DNA of 41,227 nt from Candidatus Micrarchaeota archaeon (GCA_026992595.1 JALWZW010000050.1:1-41227); one strand, 5' to 3'; numbered from the stretch's first letter, positions 9,666 to 18,644 are shown. The notes: a model not told the origin generated them from the sequence alone. Numbers and translations are program-made.

Positions 9666-10367
9666 ATGATAACCTTTCACGCTACTGCGGATCTAAAAAA
9701 ACTGAGAGAACCTTTAATAATCGTTGGCTTGCCTGGCACCGGCTTGGTCGGAAGTGTGGCTGCTTCCCATCTTATTGACGCGCTTAAAATGAGGTTTTGC
9801 GGCTACATTTCTAGCCCTGAATTTGCCCCTCTTGCCGCTATCCATAATTATACTCCCATGCCTGCTGCGCGCATCCATTACTCTTCTAAGCATAATTTAG
9901 TAGTTATTCTTTCTGAAATGAGCATTCCTGTTTCCCTCTCTTCGGAGTTGGCTAACAAAATTTTTGATTTTGCGCAAGAACTTAACGCAAGCGGGATAAT
10001 TTCTTTAGGCGGTATCTCTATAGAAGGCGGTAAAAAGGTGTATGTGGTTTCAAGCGATAAAAGGATTATAAGAGATGTGCGGCCTTATGCTCAACCTATT
10101 AGAGAGGGTGCAACCACTGGCGTTACCGCCATTTTGCTCACTAAGGGCACTTTGGAGAAGTTTCCCATCACTACTCTATTGGCAGAATCTGCTGAGGAAT
10201 ATTTGGACCCCGGAGCTGCGGCGCGCGTTTTAAAAACCCTTTCCAAAATTATAGGTGTTCCTATTCCTACAGTGAAGTTAGAGAAAGAGGCAAAAGAGGT
10301 TGCAGAGCGCGCTGGCAAAGGGCGTGTTCGCAGAGGAGTTGGTGAAAGCGGGTCTATGTATGGATAG
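9666..10367 (+). CDS. PAC2-family proteasome assembly chaperone-like protein
   Basis: IIVGLPGTGLVGSVAASHL, IISLGG, G.TAILL and DPGAAARVL motifs, plus a C-terminal MYG tail typical of archaeal PAC2/PbaA-B proteins. Confidence 0.88.
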   Translation: MITFHATADLKKLREPLIIVGLPGTGLVGSVAASHLIDALKMRFCGYISSPEFAPLAAIHNYTPMPAARIHYSSKHNLVVILSEMSIPVSLSSELANKIFDFAQELNASGIISLGGISIEGGKKVYVVSSDKRIIRDVRPYAQPIREGATTGVTAILLTKGTLEKFPITTLLAESAEEYLDPGAAARVLKTLSKIIGVPIPTVKLEKEAKEVAERAGKGRVRRGVGESGSMYG

Positions 10368-11328
10368 TTTTCTAAAAAGGGCTTTTGAACTTGCTAAAAG
10401 GGCTAACCCTTCTCCCAATCCGCAGGTAGGGGCAGTGGTGGTTAAGGACGGCGAGATTGTGGGGGAAGGTTGGCATAAAAAAGCAGGGGGGCCTCATGCT
10501 GAAGTGGTTGCGCTTGAGGAAGCGGGAAGGGATGCGCAAGGCGCAACTCTCTATGTCTCTTTAGAGCCCTGCGCCCATTTTGGCAAAACCCCTCCCTGCA
10601 CCTATTTTATAAAGCGCAGCGGTATTAAGCGGGTGGTTTTTGGGCTCTCTGATGACCCCATTAGCGGCGGGGCTGATGAGTTGCGGGAGAGCGGCATGGA
10701 AGTGGAAGGACCTTTTAAAACGCGCCCTCTGCCCCCTCAAATAACTGTCAAAATGGCGGCAAGTTTAGATGGGAAAAGTGCTACTTACACAGGTGACTCT
10801 AAATGGATCACTCCTTTGGAGGTTAGGCGCTTGGTGCATAAATTAAGGGCGGTTTTTGACGCGGTGGTGGTAGGTGCAAACACTGTTAAAAAAGATGACC
10901 CAGAACTTACCGCGCACGGCATGGGAAAGGATCCTGTGAAAGTTATTTTAGATAGCGATTTTTGCATTAACCCTCGCGCCAGAGTGTTTAAAAAGGGGCG
11001 GGTTGTGATTGCATCTCCTCGCCCCTCTCCCTCCTCTTATCCTGCTGAAGTTATTTCCTTTACCAGTTTAAAGCAGTTGGTCGCTCTTTTGAGAGAGCGG
11101 GTGGGGGAGCGCATTTTGATTGAGGGGGGTAACAGCGTTAACGCATCTTTTTTCCGCGAGGGTTTGGTGGACCGCTTCATTGTTTTTATAAGCCCTAAAC
11201 TTATCGGCGGCGATGGCTTGCCTTTAATCGGCCCGTTGGGAATAAAGAAAATCGCACAGTGCGAAGAGTTTGAAATAAAAAAGATTAGGTTTTTTAAACG
11301 TCATGTTGTGCTTGACTGTTATCGCTGA
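10360..11328 (+). CDS. ribD: Bifunctional riboflavin biosynthesis deaminase/reductase
   Basis: Probable ATG at 10360 (MDSFLKRAFELA). Deaminase motifs PNPQVGAVVV, HAE and LEPCAHFGKTPPC; reductase motifs KMAASLDGK, SKWIT, DDPELT and IEGG. Confidence 0.93.
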   Translation: MDSFLKRAFELAKRANPSPNPQVGAVVVKDGEIVGEGWHKKAGGPHAEVVALEEAGRDAQGATLYVSLEPCAHFGKTPPCTYFIKRSGIKRVVFGLSDDPISGGADELRESGMEVEGPFKTRPLPPQITVKMAASLDGKSATYTGDSKWITPLEVRRLVHKLRAVFDAVVVGANTVKKDDPELTAHGMGKDPVKVILDSDFCINPRARVFKKGRVVIASPRPSPSSYPAEVISFTSLKQLVALLRERVGERILIEGGNSVNASFFREGLVDRFIVFISPKLIGGDGLPLIGPLGIKKIAQCEEFEIKKIRFFKRHVVLDCYR

Positions 11329-12646
11329 CATTCACTGCAGCTTTTTCTTCACTTTCTTCTTCACTTCCCTCCTCTTTTTGTTCAACAATTCTTTCTATCT
11401 CACGAAATCTTAGCACTGAACCTATATCATAATCTGCTGGCCTATTACCATAAACATCTAAGGGCCCTTCTCTATTATATCCCAAACTTTCCATTTTTTC
11501 GAGAAACTCGCTAAATTCGGGTGTGTATTCTCCCTGCATAAAGGCATAGTGCATTAATGTTCTCCCCTCTTTATCTACTGTTTGAGGGTTCCAGCTTTTG
11601 GCTATTTCTAACGCTTTTTCATAGTTGCCTAAAGCAAGGGCTTCTTCAAACTTTTTGACCAGTGCCTCACACATGGTATGGAATTTTTCTTCTCTTTTGT
11701 TATCTTCCTGTTGTAGTTTTTTCTTCTCTTCTTCCCTCTTTCTCCTTTCTTCTCTTCGTGCTTCTTCTTCCAAAGCGTGAAGTAAATAGTTATCTATTAT
11801 CGCAGATGTAGGTGTTAGATCTCCCTTCCAACTAAGCAATAAAAGCAATTCCATTGCTCTTCTATTCCTTCTTTCGTATGCTCTTACAAATAAGGGAGTG
11901 CCATCTTCAAGCATGTATCGCGCATGGTCTGTGATGTGTGTGATGTTTGTCTTTTTCCCATTAGCAAGCTTCTTGAGGGCTTTTAAAGAGTTTCTTTTTG
12001 ATGACGCCCCCTTCTCTATTTTAAGGGCCACTCGAGACGACCTTATCATAAACCCGCAAAGGGAAATAAAAACTCCTATTCCCACTGCACCGATAAGAGG
12101 TGCTCCCTGCATTAAGAACATGCCTGTCACTACCAGAGGAATTATTATTGTTCGTGTCAGTAGAGCCCACCTATTGCTTACGCCTCTATAGTGCCTATTG
12201 CTTACGTCTCTATAGTGTCTTTCTAGATCTCTACTTTCTATATCCAGGCTTCTAAACTCCTTCTTTCTATCTTGATATATTCTGAAAAAAACAAGGTAAA
12301 GCTCTTCATTGCTCAACTTGTGGAGATTTGCTATTGCATTCTTCATTGATTGTTCGCTTCCTTCTCTTAACCACTTTTCCATTTTATCTACTAAGCTCTC
12401 TTCTTGCTTTCTTCCTGTTTCTACTCTGTATCTAACTATAGCGGCTCTTTGCTCCATTTCTCCGTCTGTTTGAGGGTTTTTTGCTGCAAAGAGCTTCTTT
12501 ACTTCGTTTAGAGAAGGGGTTGCTCTGGATAGTTTTGGCTCTCTTGGGCGGTATTCTTCGTATCCACAGTAGTACTCGCGGTATGGATCAGAGTAGTCGT
12601 AGCGGTGATAATCTCTTTTTATCCCACGCATTTTTACTTTCCTCAT
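11294..12646 (-). CDS. Orphan membrane protein with coiled coil and ankyrin-like repeats
   Basis: Two TM helices, the LEDGTPLFVRAY...AMELLLLLS segment, an E/K/R coiled coil, and C-terminal ankyrin-like DKEGRTLMHYAFMQG and DVYGNRPADY. Confidence 0.72.
   Translation of the reverse strand: MRKVKMRGIKRDYHRYDYSDPYREYYCGYEEYRPREPKLSRATPSLNEVKKLFAAKNPQTDGEMEQRAAIVRYRVETGRKQEESLVDKMEKWLREGSEQSMKNAIANLHKLSNEELYLVFFRIYQDRKKEFRSLDIESRDLERHYRDVSNRHYRGVSNRWALLTRTIIIPLVVTGMFLMQGAPLIGAVGIGVFISLCGFMIRSSRVALKIEKGASSKRNSLKALKKLANGKKTNITHITDHARYMLEDGTPLFVRAYERRNRRAMELLLLLSWKGDLTPTSAIIDNYLLHALEEEARREERRKREEEKKKLQQEDNKREEKFHTMCEALVKKFEEALALGNYEKALEIAKSWNPQTVDKEGRTLMHYAFMQGEYTPEFSEFLEKMESLGYNREGPLDVYGNRPADYDIGSVLRFREIERIVEQKEEGSEEESEEKAAVNVSDNSQAQHDV
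12170..12217. repeat. 24-bp tandem duplication within the ankyrin-like gene
   Basis: CCTATTGCTTACG(C/T)CTCTATAGTG occurs twice with one mismatch and encodes RHYRDVSN-RHYRGVSN. Confidence 0.9.
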
Positions 12647-12679
12647 GTTATTATATATGTTTATTTATGTTTAAAAAAT
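12647..12679 (-). promoter_or_regulatory. Upstream element shared with 41056-41088 (putative leaderless promoter)
   Basis: The 33 nt immediately 5' of the ATG are 27/33 identical, ungapped, to the 33 nt 5' of the ATG at 41055. They contain a TTTAAA-type box about 25-30 nt upstream of the start. Confidence 0.6.
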
Positions 12680-14964
12680 CTTTTCTTTAAAGCTGATCGC
12701 ACATGCTTCAAAAGCATTCTTTTCTCTGCAGAGGCCACGATGCGCCTTGTTCTTTCCACTGCGTCGGGATTTACTGAAATGCTGGTTATTCCAAATTCCA
12801 CCAATTTTTCTGCGAACTCGGGATAAACAGAGGGCGCCTGACCGCAAAGCGAGACAGTAACGCCGTGCTTGTTGCAGCGCTCTATCACATGCCTTATTGC
12901 CCTTAAAACCGCTTCATTTCTTTCATCAAAATCGCGCGCCAACTCTCTATTATCTCTATCAATCCCTAAAATCAGTTGCGTCAGGTCGTTGGTGCCTATG
13001 GAAACGCCATCTATACCTTCTTCACAGAACTCATCTATTAAAAATACGGTGCTGGGCACCTCTACCATTATCCACAATTTAAAATCTCTTTTAAACAACC
13101 CTGCCTCTCTTACCATCCCCTTTATTTCTCTCAATTCCTCCACGGTGCGCACAAAAGGTATCATAAGCCATAGATTCTTCAACTTAAACTCTTCGCGCAC
13201 CTTTTTTATTGCCTCCAACTCCATTCTAAACACGTCCGGCTCTCTCGCATAGCGCGAGGCGCCTCTGTAGCCGATCATGGGGTTTTCTTCGTGCGGCTCG
13301 TACTTTTCCCCTCCTTTGAGGTTGCGGTATTCGTTGGTTTTAAAATCAGTTGCGCGATACACCACCGGGCGCGGATAGAAAGCCGCAGCAAATCTGCGCA
13401 GCCCTTCTGCCAACCTTTCTACATACTCTTTCTCCCTCCCTTCTTCTATCACTTTTTTAGGATGTTCGCCTATCTGCGCCAACATAAATTCTGCGCGCAA
13501 AAGCCCTACTCCATCTACAGGATATTTAGCTATTTTCTCTGCCTGCTCCACATCTGCCAAATTCACATATATTTTTGTTCCTGTAATGGGCGCGGACACT
13601 GTTTGCGCCACCACTTTCTTAACCTCCTTTTCCTCGCCTGTCACAAACCCTTCATATACCAACCCTCTCTCTCCATCTACTGTCACTTCCATGCCGTCTT
13701 TAAGCAGTTTGGTTGCTTCTCCTGTGCCCACCACGCAGGGCACCCCCAATTCTCGGGAAACAATGGCTGCATGGCTGGTCATCCCTCCTGTATCTGTTAT
13801 AATAGCCGCCGCTTTTTTCATGGCAGGCACAAAATCAGGGGTGGTCATTTCTGTAACCAGCACCTCTCCGCTTTGCATTTTGCTTATCTCTTTCGCGCTT
13901 TTTATTATTCTCACACGGCCCATTCCTAAGCCCGGGGAAGCGCCCAACCCTTGCAAAAGCACCTTCCCCTCTTTTTTAGCGCTCTTCTGCTTTATCTTTG
14001 CCTCTTTTTTAAGGGTGGTTATGGGGCGCGATTGCACTATGTACAAATTCCCTCCTTCAAACGCATATTCAATATCTTGAGGAAACCTATAATGGTCCTC
14101 AATTTTTTTGCACACCTTTGCCAATTCCTTTATCTCGCTGTCTGAAAGTTTTTGAAGCCCGCGCGCCTCTTCCTTAATCTCCACATGCTGGTTTTTGCCG
14201 TTTACCCGCACAATCATCCAGGGCTGTTTGCTTATTTTTTTATCCACTATCTCAAAAGTTCTCTTGTCTACTTTATAGGTGTCAGGTGTTATCTTGCCGC
14301 TTACCACCACCTCGCCCAGCCCATACGCCGCTTCTATGGACATGATGTTGGGGTCCTGAGAAAGCGGGTCTACCGTAAACACCACCCCCGCCTTCTCGCT
14401 TTGCACCATCTTTTGCACCACTGCGGCCAGAGCCACTTTCATATGGTCAAAACCGTTTTCCTCTCTATAAAAGATGGCGCGCGGCTCAAATAGGGAAGCC
14501 CAGCATTTTTTAACCGCTTCCACCACAGCGTCCGCGCCTTTAACATTAAGGAAAGTGGATTGCTGTCCTGCAAAGGAGGCGTTGGGAAGGTCCTCTGCAG
14601 TTGCTGAACTGCGCACCGCAACATATTCTTCCCTTCCCCCTATTTCATTCAACCGCTTATATGCTTCTCTTATCGCTTTTTCTACTTCCTTGGGTATGGG
14701 AGATTGAAGGATGAGCTCTTTTATTTTCTCAGACGCCTTTACCAACTGCTCATGATCATTAATATCTGTCTCTTTCAATATCTCTGCTATTTTCTCTTTT
14801 ATGTGGTTTTTTTCCAAATGCTTAAAATATGCGCCGCTCGTGGTGCAAAAGCCGTTAGGAATAGGAAAACCATTCTGAAACATCTCTCCCAAATTTGCCC
14901 CTTTCCCTCCAACCTCTGCCACATTTTCTTTACTCAACTCGCTGAACCACATTACATCTTTCAT
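12661..14964 (-). CDS. ppsA: Phosphoenolpyruvate synthase (pyruvate, water dikinase)
   Basis: VGGKGANLGEM, VAVRSSATAEDLPNASFAGQQ, phospho-His motif GGMTSHAAIVSRELG, GLLRAEF, ENPMIGYRG, SIGTNDLTQ and CGQAPS. Confidence 0.97.
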   Translation of the reverse strand: MKDVMWFSELSKENVAEVGGKGANLGEMFQNGFPIPNGFCTTSGAYFKHLEKNHIKEKIAEILKETDINDHEQLVKASEKIKELILQSPIPKEVEKAIREAYKRLNEIGGREEYVAVRSSATAEDLPNASFAGQQSTFLNVKGADAVVEAVKKCWASLFEPRAIFYREENGFDHMKVALAAVVQKMVQSEKAGVVFTVDPLSQDPNIMSIEAAYGLGEVVVSGKITPDTYKVDKRTFEIVDKKISKQPWMIVRVNGKNQHVEIKEEARGLQKLSDSEIKELAKVCKKIEDHYRFPQDIEYAFEGGNLYIVQSRPITTLKKEAKIKQKSAKKEGKVLLQGLGASPGLGMGRVRIIKSAKEISKMQSGEVLVTEMTTPDFVPAMKKAAAIITDTGGMTSHAAIVSRELGVPCVVGTGEATKLLKDGMEVTVDGERGLVYEGFVTGEEKEVKKVVAQTVSAPITGTKIYVNLADVEQAEKIAKYPVDGVGLLRAEFMLAQIGEHPKKVIEEGREKEYVERLAEGLRRFAAAFYPRPVVYRATDFKTNEYRNLKGGEKYEPHEENPMIGYRGASRYAREPDVFRMELEAIKKVREEFKLKNLWLMIPFVRTVEELREIKGMVREAGLFKRDFKLWIMVEVPSTVFLIDEFCEEGIDGVSIGTNDLTQLILGIDRDNRELARDFDERNEAVLRAIRHVIERCNKHGVTVSLCGQAPSVYPEFAEKLVEFGITSISVNPDAVERTRRIVASAEKRMLLKHVRSALKKRFFKHK

Positions 14965-15015
14965 GCCATCACCCTATCAAAAAACCAAAAGAAAATTTAA
15001 AAATAAGAGTTTTGA

Positions 15016-15080
15016 TTTAAAGTTTCCTACATCTCCCATTTAAAGGAAACTGTTTCCTAAAAATCTTACTTTTAGGAAAC
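15016..15080. repeat. 65-bp direct repeat, copy 1 (two tandem GTTTCCT-N15-AGGAAAC palindromes)
   Basis: TTTAAAGTTTCCTACATCTCCCATTTAAAGGAAACTGTTTCCTAAAAATCTTACTTTTAGGAAAC; 63/65 identical to 16148-16212. Confidence 0.95.
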
Positions 15081-15091
15081 AACCTTCTTAT

Positions 15092-16123
15092 TCATAAATT
15101 TTTAAGAGTGGTTCTAACCAATGGGTCTGCAATTATATATTTTCCATCTTTTTCTATGATAAATGAGTGTTCTTTCAATTTCTTCAGCGCTTTTGACAAA
15201 AAGCCGCGCGAGTGCGTAAGTTTTTTAGAAATAAGATAGGAGTTTATCTGCTCCCATGTAGAAAGAGAATAGGTAGCCATCCCTTTCAATATCTCCATAT
15301 ACGCTTTTTTATTCCTCTGTCTCTCCAAGAATTCAAAAAGTTCATCTGCCACTATGCTTTGTGCAAGTTTTTCCACCTCTTCCAGCGCTTCACCATGGCT
15401 TTTTTCCACTCTTTTATGGCCATAAAGGGTAAGCCACCCCATAAACCCACCTAACCTATTTACTGCTTCATTTAATTCCTCCATCGGAACGCTTTTCCCC
15501 ACCTCTTCAAACCCCCTCATGAGAAAGGTAAGCGCTTTGGCGCGGGAAAGGGGGTGGAGGGTAATTTCATAATAGGAACGCCCTTTAAGTGCTTTAGAAC
15601 CGTTGTTTTTCCCTATCAATCTTTCCAACAGCCCTATTTGAGAGCCCGCGATTATGGTGGTTAGCGATGGAAGGCGGTCGTAGATATAGGCGAGCCATCT
15701 ATCAAAGCCGTAAGAGAGCAACAGTTGTGCTTCATCTATAAATAAAAGCGCCTTTATTCTGCTCTTTCTTATTACCTCTTCGCTATCTTCCTCCTCTTTT
15801 AGGGAAAGGGCGATGTGGGGTAAATTTATCTCTTTAATCTCTATGCGCGAGAAAAGGGAAAGTTTGAAAGCAAGGCGCTTCATGGTTTTATTGAGCAGGG
15901 CCGCCATTCCTTCTTTTGAATGAACTGCCCTGCAGTCAATCCATTCGTAAGGCCTGTTTAAGCTATTTGCAACCACCCCCATCAAACTGCTCTTCCCCAC
16001 TCTCCTTAGCCCTTTTATGACTATCAACCGCTCCCTTCTGATTGCTTTAACAACCCCTTCAAACTCCTCTTCATAATTAAAAAAATCCTTTCTATCTGTT
16101 TTGGGCGCAGTGTCAAAGTACAT
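15092..16123 (-). CDS. Archaeal AAA+ ATPase (ATPase_2 / MJ-PH type) with C-terminal winged helix
   Basis: N-terminal MYFDTAPKTDRKDFFNYEEE, Walker A GLRRVGKSS, Walker B LLFIDEAQ, GSQIGLL, and C-terminal wHTH ending in YIIADPLV. Confidence 0.88.
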   Translation of the reverse strand: MYFDTAPKTDRKDFFNYEEEFEGVVKAIRRERLIVIKGLRRVGKSSLMGVVANSLNRPYEWIDCRAVHSKEGMAALLNKTMKRLAFKLSLFSRIEIKEINLPHIALSLKEEEDSEEVIRKSRIKALLFIDEAQLLLSYGFDRWLAYIYDRLPSLTTIIAGSQIGLLERLIGKNNGSKALKGRSYYEITLHPLSRAKALTFLMRGFEEVGKSVPMEELNEAVNRLGGFMGWLTLYGHKRVEKSHGEALEEVEKLAQSIVADELFEFLERQRNKKAYMEILKGMATYSLSTWEQINSYLISKKLTHSRGFLSKALKKLKEHSFIIEKDGKYIIADPLVRTTLKNL

Positions 16124-16147
16124 ATTCCTTTTTTCTCCTTAACTCCT

Positions 16148-16212
16148 TTTAAAGTTTCCTACATCTCCCATTTAAAGGAAACTGTTTCCTAAAAATCCTG
16201 CTTTTAGGAAAC
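16148..16212. repeat. 65-bp direct repeat, copy 2
   Basis: TTTAAAGTTTCCTACATCTCCCATTTAAAGGAAACTGTTTCCTAAAAATCCTGCTTTTAGGAAAC; lies 24 nt upstream of the ATPase start codon. Confidence 0.95.
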
Positions 16213-16324
16213 TCTTCTATTCCATTGCTCTTGCCTTGCTTCTTGCCCTTTTTGAACCAACCTTTTTAAACCCTTTTTTATCTTTATTACACAACTACCT
16301 TACTTATCCGCCTGTTATAGCGAA

Positions 16325-16395
16325 GCGACCGTGGTCTACCGGTATGACTCGAGATTGCCAATCTCGCAGACCGGGTTCGATTCCCGGCGGTCGCA
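16325..16395 (+). tRNA. tRNA-Gly (GCC), intronless, CCA not encoded
   Basis: Acceptor stem GCGACCG/CGGTCGC plus discriminator A; anticodon arm CGAGA-TTGCCAA-TCTCG (GCC at 16357-16359); T arm CCGGG-TTCGATT-CCCGG. Confidence 0.96.
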
Positions 16396-16407
16396 CTTCT
16401 CTCTTCT

Positions 16408-16974
16408 TTATTCTATTTTTTTCAGCCCTTGCCACCAATTATCTGGGTCTGAGTTTTTTATGGCTTGAAGGAGACGCTTTCCCTCTTCTGTTTTTATTCT
16501 TTTAGAAATGTTTGTTAGCCAGGATTGGGCACGCTCCCTGCCCAGATATTCCATTGCCTGAAGAGCGCATTCCAGCAGGTCTGCATCTTTCAGCACCTTC
16601 CCCTCCTCTTCATCCAACTCTAAATTGTCCCACAGTTTTTGGAGGGTGGGTGGGAGAAGCGCTTTTTGTTCTTCCTCTACCTTTGCGGTAGCGTTTTTAT
16701 TATCTATATATCGCGCGGTTATTTTGTTTAAATCTAAAATGCGCGTTTCGTGGATATCGTGGAGCACCGCTGCGCTGCATATTTTCCAACAGCGCTCCTC
16801 TTCAAAGCCGCGCAACCTTGCGAGAAAGAGCGCTATGAGAGCAACCCGCCAACAATGGGATGCCACACATTCAGGCGCCGCCACCCTTTCAATAAGCCAC
16901 CCGCTTCTTACCACTCTTTTGAGCATCCCTGCCTCATAAAAAAAGTCCAACAGTTTTTGCTCCTTTATCTCCAT
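16408..16974 (-). CDS. HD-domain hydrolase (YfbR/HDDC2-like 5'-deoxynucleotidase)
   Basis: LKRVVRSGW, E.VASH, AVLHDIHETRILD and LKDADLLE motifs. Probable ATG at 16974 (MEIKEQ). Confidence 0.87.
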   Translation of the reverse strand: MEIKEQKLLDFFYEAGMLKRVVRSGWLIERVAAPECVASHCWRVALIALFLARLRGFEEERCWKICSAAVLHDIHETRILDLNKITARYIDNKNATAKVEEEQKALLPPTLQKLWDNLELDEEEGKVLKDADLLECALQAMEYLGRERAQSWLTNISKRIKTEEGKRLLQAIKNSDPDNWWQGLKKIE

Positions 16975-17026
16975 GTTGGAACATCTAAACAAACTTTTTA
17001 AAAAACATTTTTACATAAAAGCATAT

Positions 17027-17698
17027 ATGCACAAACAATCCTCCACCGTTCTTCTTACCGACGCCGCCTCGCGCATTTTGGGCGAGTATAAGCGGTTGAG
17101 AAGGACTAAACGATTATATAAGCAAAGGCAGCGCGCATTTTTAAGGGCCGTGGAAAAAGCAGAACAGCGCCTTGCAGCCATGGAGGAAAAAGGCGAGCTG
17201 GACGCAAAGGTTGTCCATCCTGTCCTTTACGCTCTCCAAGCAGCAAAAGACTGCCTTCCTTATAAGCTTTTAGAAGATATTACTGATAGGCAGTTGGCAA
17301 GCGTCCGCCGCCTTTTCTTCCCCCTCTTCTTATCCTTTCTCTCCCCATCTGCCTTTTATTTAAAATTCTGCCGCGCCTTTTTAGAGCACCATTACCGCAT
17401 TTTGGAAGATTATAGAAACTCGGCAGAATGGCTCCACACCTCAAATGTTGCGTTGAAAGAAGCGGAAGTGAAGTTAAGAAGCATGAACGCGCCTTTCTTA
17501 AGCGACATCGCCAATCGCCTTGCAGAGATAGGTGATGAGGTGAGGTACTATAGAAGGCGCTTTGAAGAGGTGGTTAAAGACGAGAGGCGCATGGTACAGG
17601 AAATTAAAAGTTTGATGGGCTTAAAAGCAAAGAGAGGGCTGCTTTATGTGGTGCAGGAGAGGTTGATGCGCTATGGCAACCATAACGAAGTTGATTAG
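17027..17698 (+). CDS. Hypothetical helical/coiled-coil protein
   Basis: Long ORF; likely ATG at 17027 after a TTTTTAAAAA box; charged amphipathic helices; no recognised motif. Confidence 0.65.
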   Translation: MHKQSSTVLLTDAASRILGEYKRLRRTKRLYKQRQRAFLRAVEKAEQRLAAMEEKGELDAKVVHPVLYALQAAKDCLPYKLLEDITDRQLASVRRLFFPLFLSFLSPSAFYLKFCRAFLEHHYRILEDYRNSAEWLHTSNVALKEAEVKLRSMNAPFLSDIANRLAEIGDEVRYYRRRFEEVVKDERRMVQEIKSLMGLKAKRGLLYVVQERLMRYGNHNEVD

Positions 17699-18644
17699 TC
17701 AAGAACGCCAATGGAGAAGGTGTTTTAGGGGCCATTATGCGCGTTTTGGCCGCTCTTTCAAGCATTTCACCAAAGCGGAAAATCTTTTAGATGCAGATAT
17801 GAGGTACACCTTTGATAGGATGAGAAATAGGGTTTTGGTTCTTATAGATGAGGAAGAAGACCTGCACAAAAAACATGCGTTGAACCAATATTTGGCGCAT
17901 TTAGACAAGTTTTACTACACTCTTCATATTATGCGGGAAAAAAGCAAGGATAGAGAGATAGGAAAAAGCTTGGTTTCGCTGATCCTTAAAATGGAAATAA
18001 ATACTTCTCTTACTCTAAAGAAGTTTAGGAAAAGTTTGTGGAAAAGCAGTTTGTTGCCTGAGTTTTTGGGTTTTGCGCAGGGATGGAGGGAGCGGTTAGA
18101 TGCTGAGATAAATGAAGTGATGAGAAAAATCGGGGAACATTCTTTATTTGTTTCTTCCATGGAGAGGGAAATCGTAGATGCTGCTAAATCGTTAAGGAGG
18201 TTTTCAGATATTGTGCCAGGGATCTGGGTTGAAGAGGATATGGAGGAAATTAGAAGATTAAGTGGAGTGGTTAGTAAAATATATGAAAAAAGGGCAGAGT
18301 GTGAGTTGGAGCTTTTGGAATGCATCGGCGCTTCCAATTTAGAAATATTAACCAAGAGAAGCGCTACTCTTTCCTCTCCTATAAAAAAGGGTCGGGCTAT
18401 ATTCACCGAACCTTTTGTTTTTATGGGAGAAAAACTTTCCTTTATATGGAAAGGAGTAAAGGCACACCCCTATTTAACCGCATGGATGTTTACCGGCAGC
18501 ACCTTTGCGGTTTCTGCTTTGGGCTACACATTCCTCAATCTTTCCTATCTCTCTCCTCTCATTGATTTTTCTTTAAAAGGTATCGCCTTTCTTTCTCTTG
18601 TAGAGGTAGCGCGCCTTTTATGGAAAACTTCAAAAAACATTTAA
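17673..18644 (+). CDS. Hypothetical coiled-coil protein with two C-terminal TM helices
   Basis: 323-aa ORF overlapping the upstream gene, preceded by GGAGAGG; hydrophobic C-terminus. Confidence 0.7.
   Translation: MATITKLISQERQWRRCFRGHYARFGRSFKHFTKAENLLDADMRYTFDRMRNRVLVLIDEEEDLHKKHALNQYLAHLDKFYYTLHIMREKSKDREIGKSLVSLILKMEINTSLTLKKFRKSLWKSSLLPEFLGFAQGWRERLDAEINEVMRKIGEHSLFVSSMEREIVDAAKSLRRFSDIVPGIWVEEDMEEIRRLSGVVSKIYEKRAECELELLECIGASNLEILTKRSATLSSPIKKGRAIFTEPFVFMGEKLSFIWKGVKAHPYLTAWMFTGSTFAVSALGYTFLNLSYLSPLIDFSLKGIAFLSLVEVARLLWKTSKNI

Noticed and set aside
12869..15000. Multiple + strand ORFs up to 212 aa inside ppsA
   Set aside because: Shadow ORFs opposite a highly conserved gene, with no recognisable motifs. 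The same applies to those inside lysS, aclAB, ilvE and the r-protein genes.
15092..16123. AAA+ ATPase as the VirB4/CedB motor of the membrane array
   Set aside because: Its size, N-terminal F...PK...DFF motif and C-terminal wHTH fit the archaeal ATPase_2 family rather than HerA/VirB4. It is also separated from the array by unrelated genes.
15016..16212. GTTTCC...GGAAAC units as a CRISPR array
   Set aside because: The ends resemble CRISPR repeat termini, but the units abut with 1 nt between them. There are no unique spacers, only two pairs 1.1 kb apart, and no cas genes.
16325..16395. tRNA-Gly as attachment site of an integrated element
   Set aside because: I found no duplicate of the tRNA 3' end and no integrase in the window. 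The nearby direct repeats are unrelated to the tRNA sequence.
16236..16505. 89-aa ORF in the track
   Set aside because: It spans the tRNA gene and lies antisense to the HD hydrolase end; spurious.
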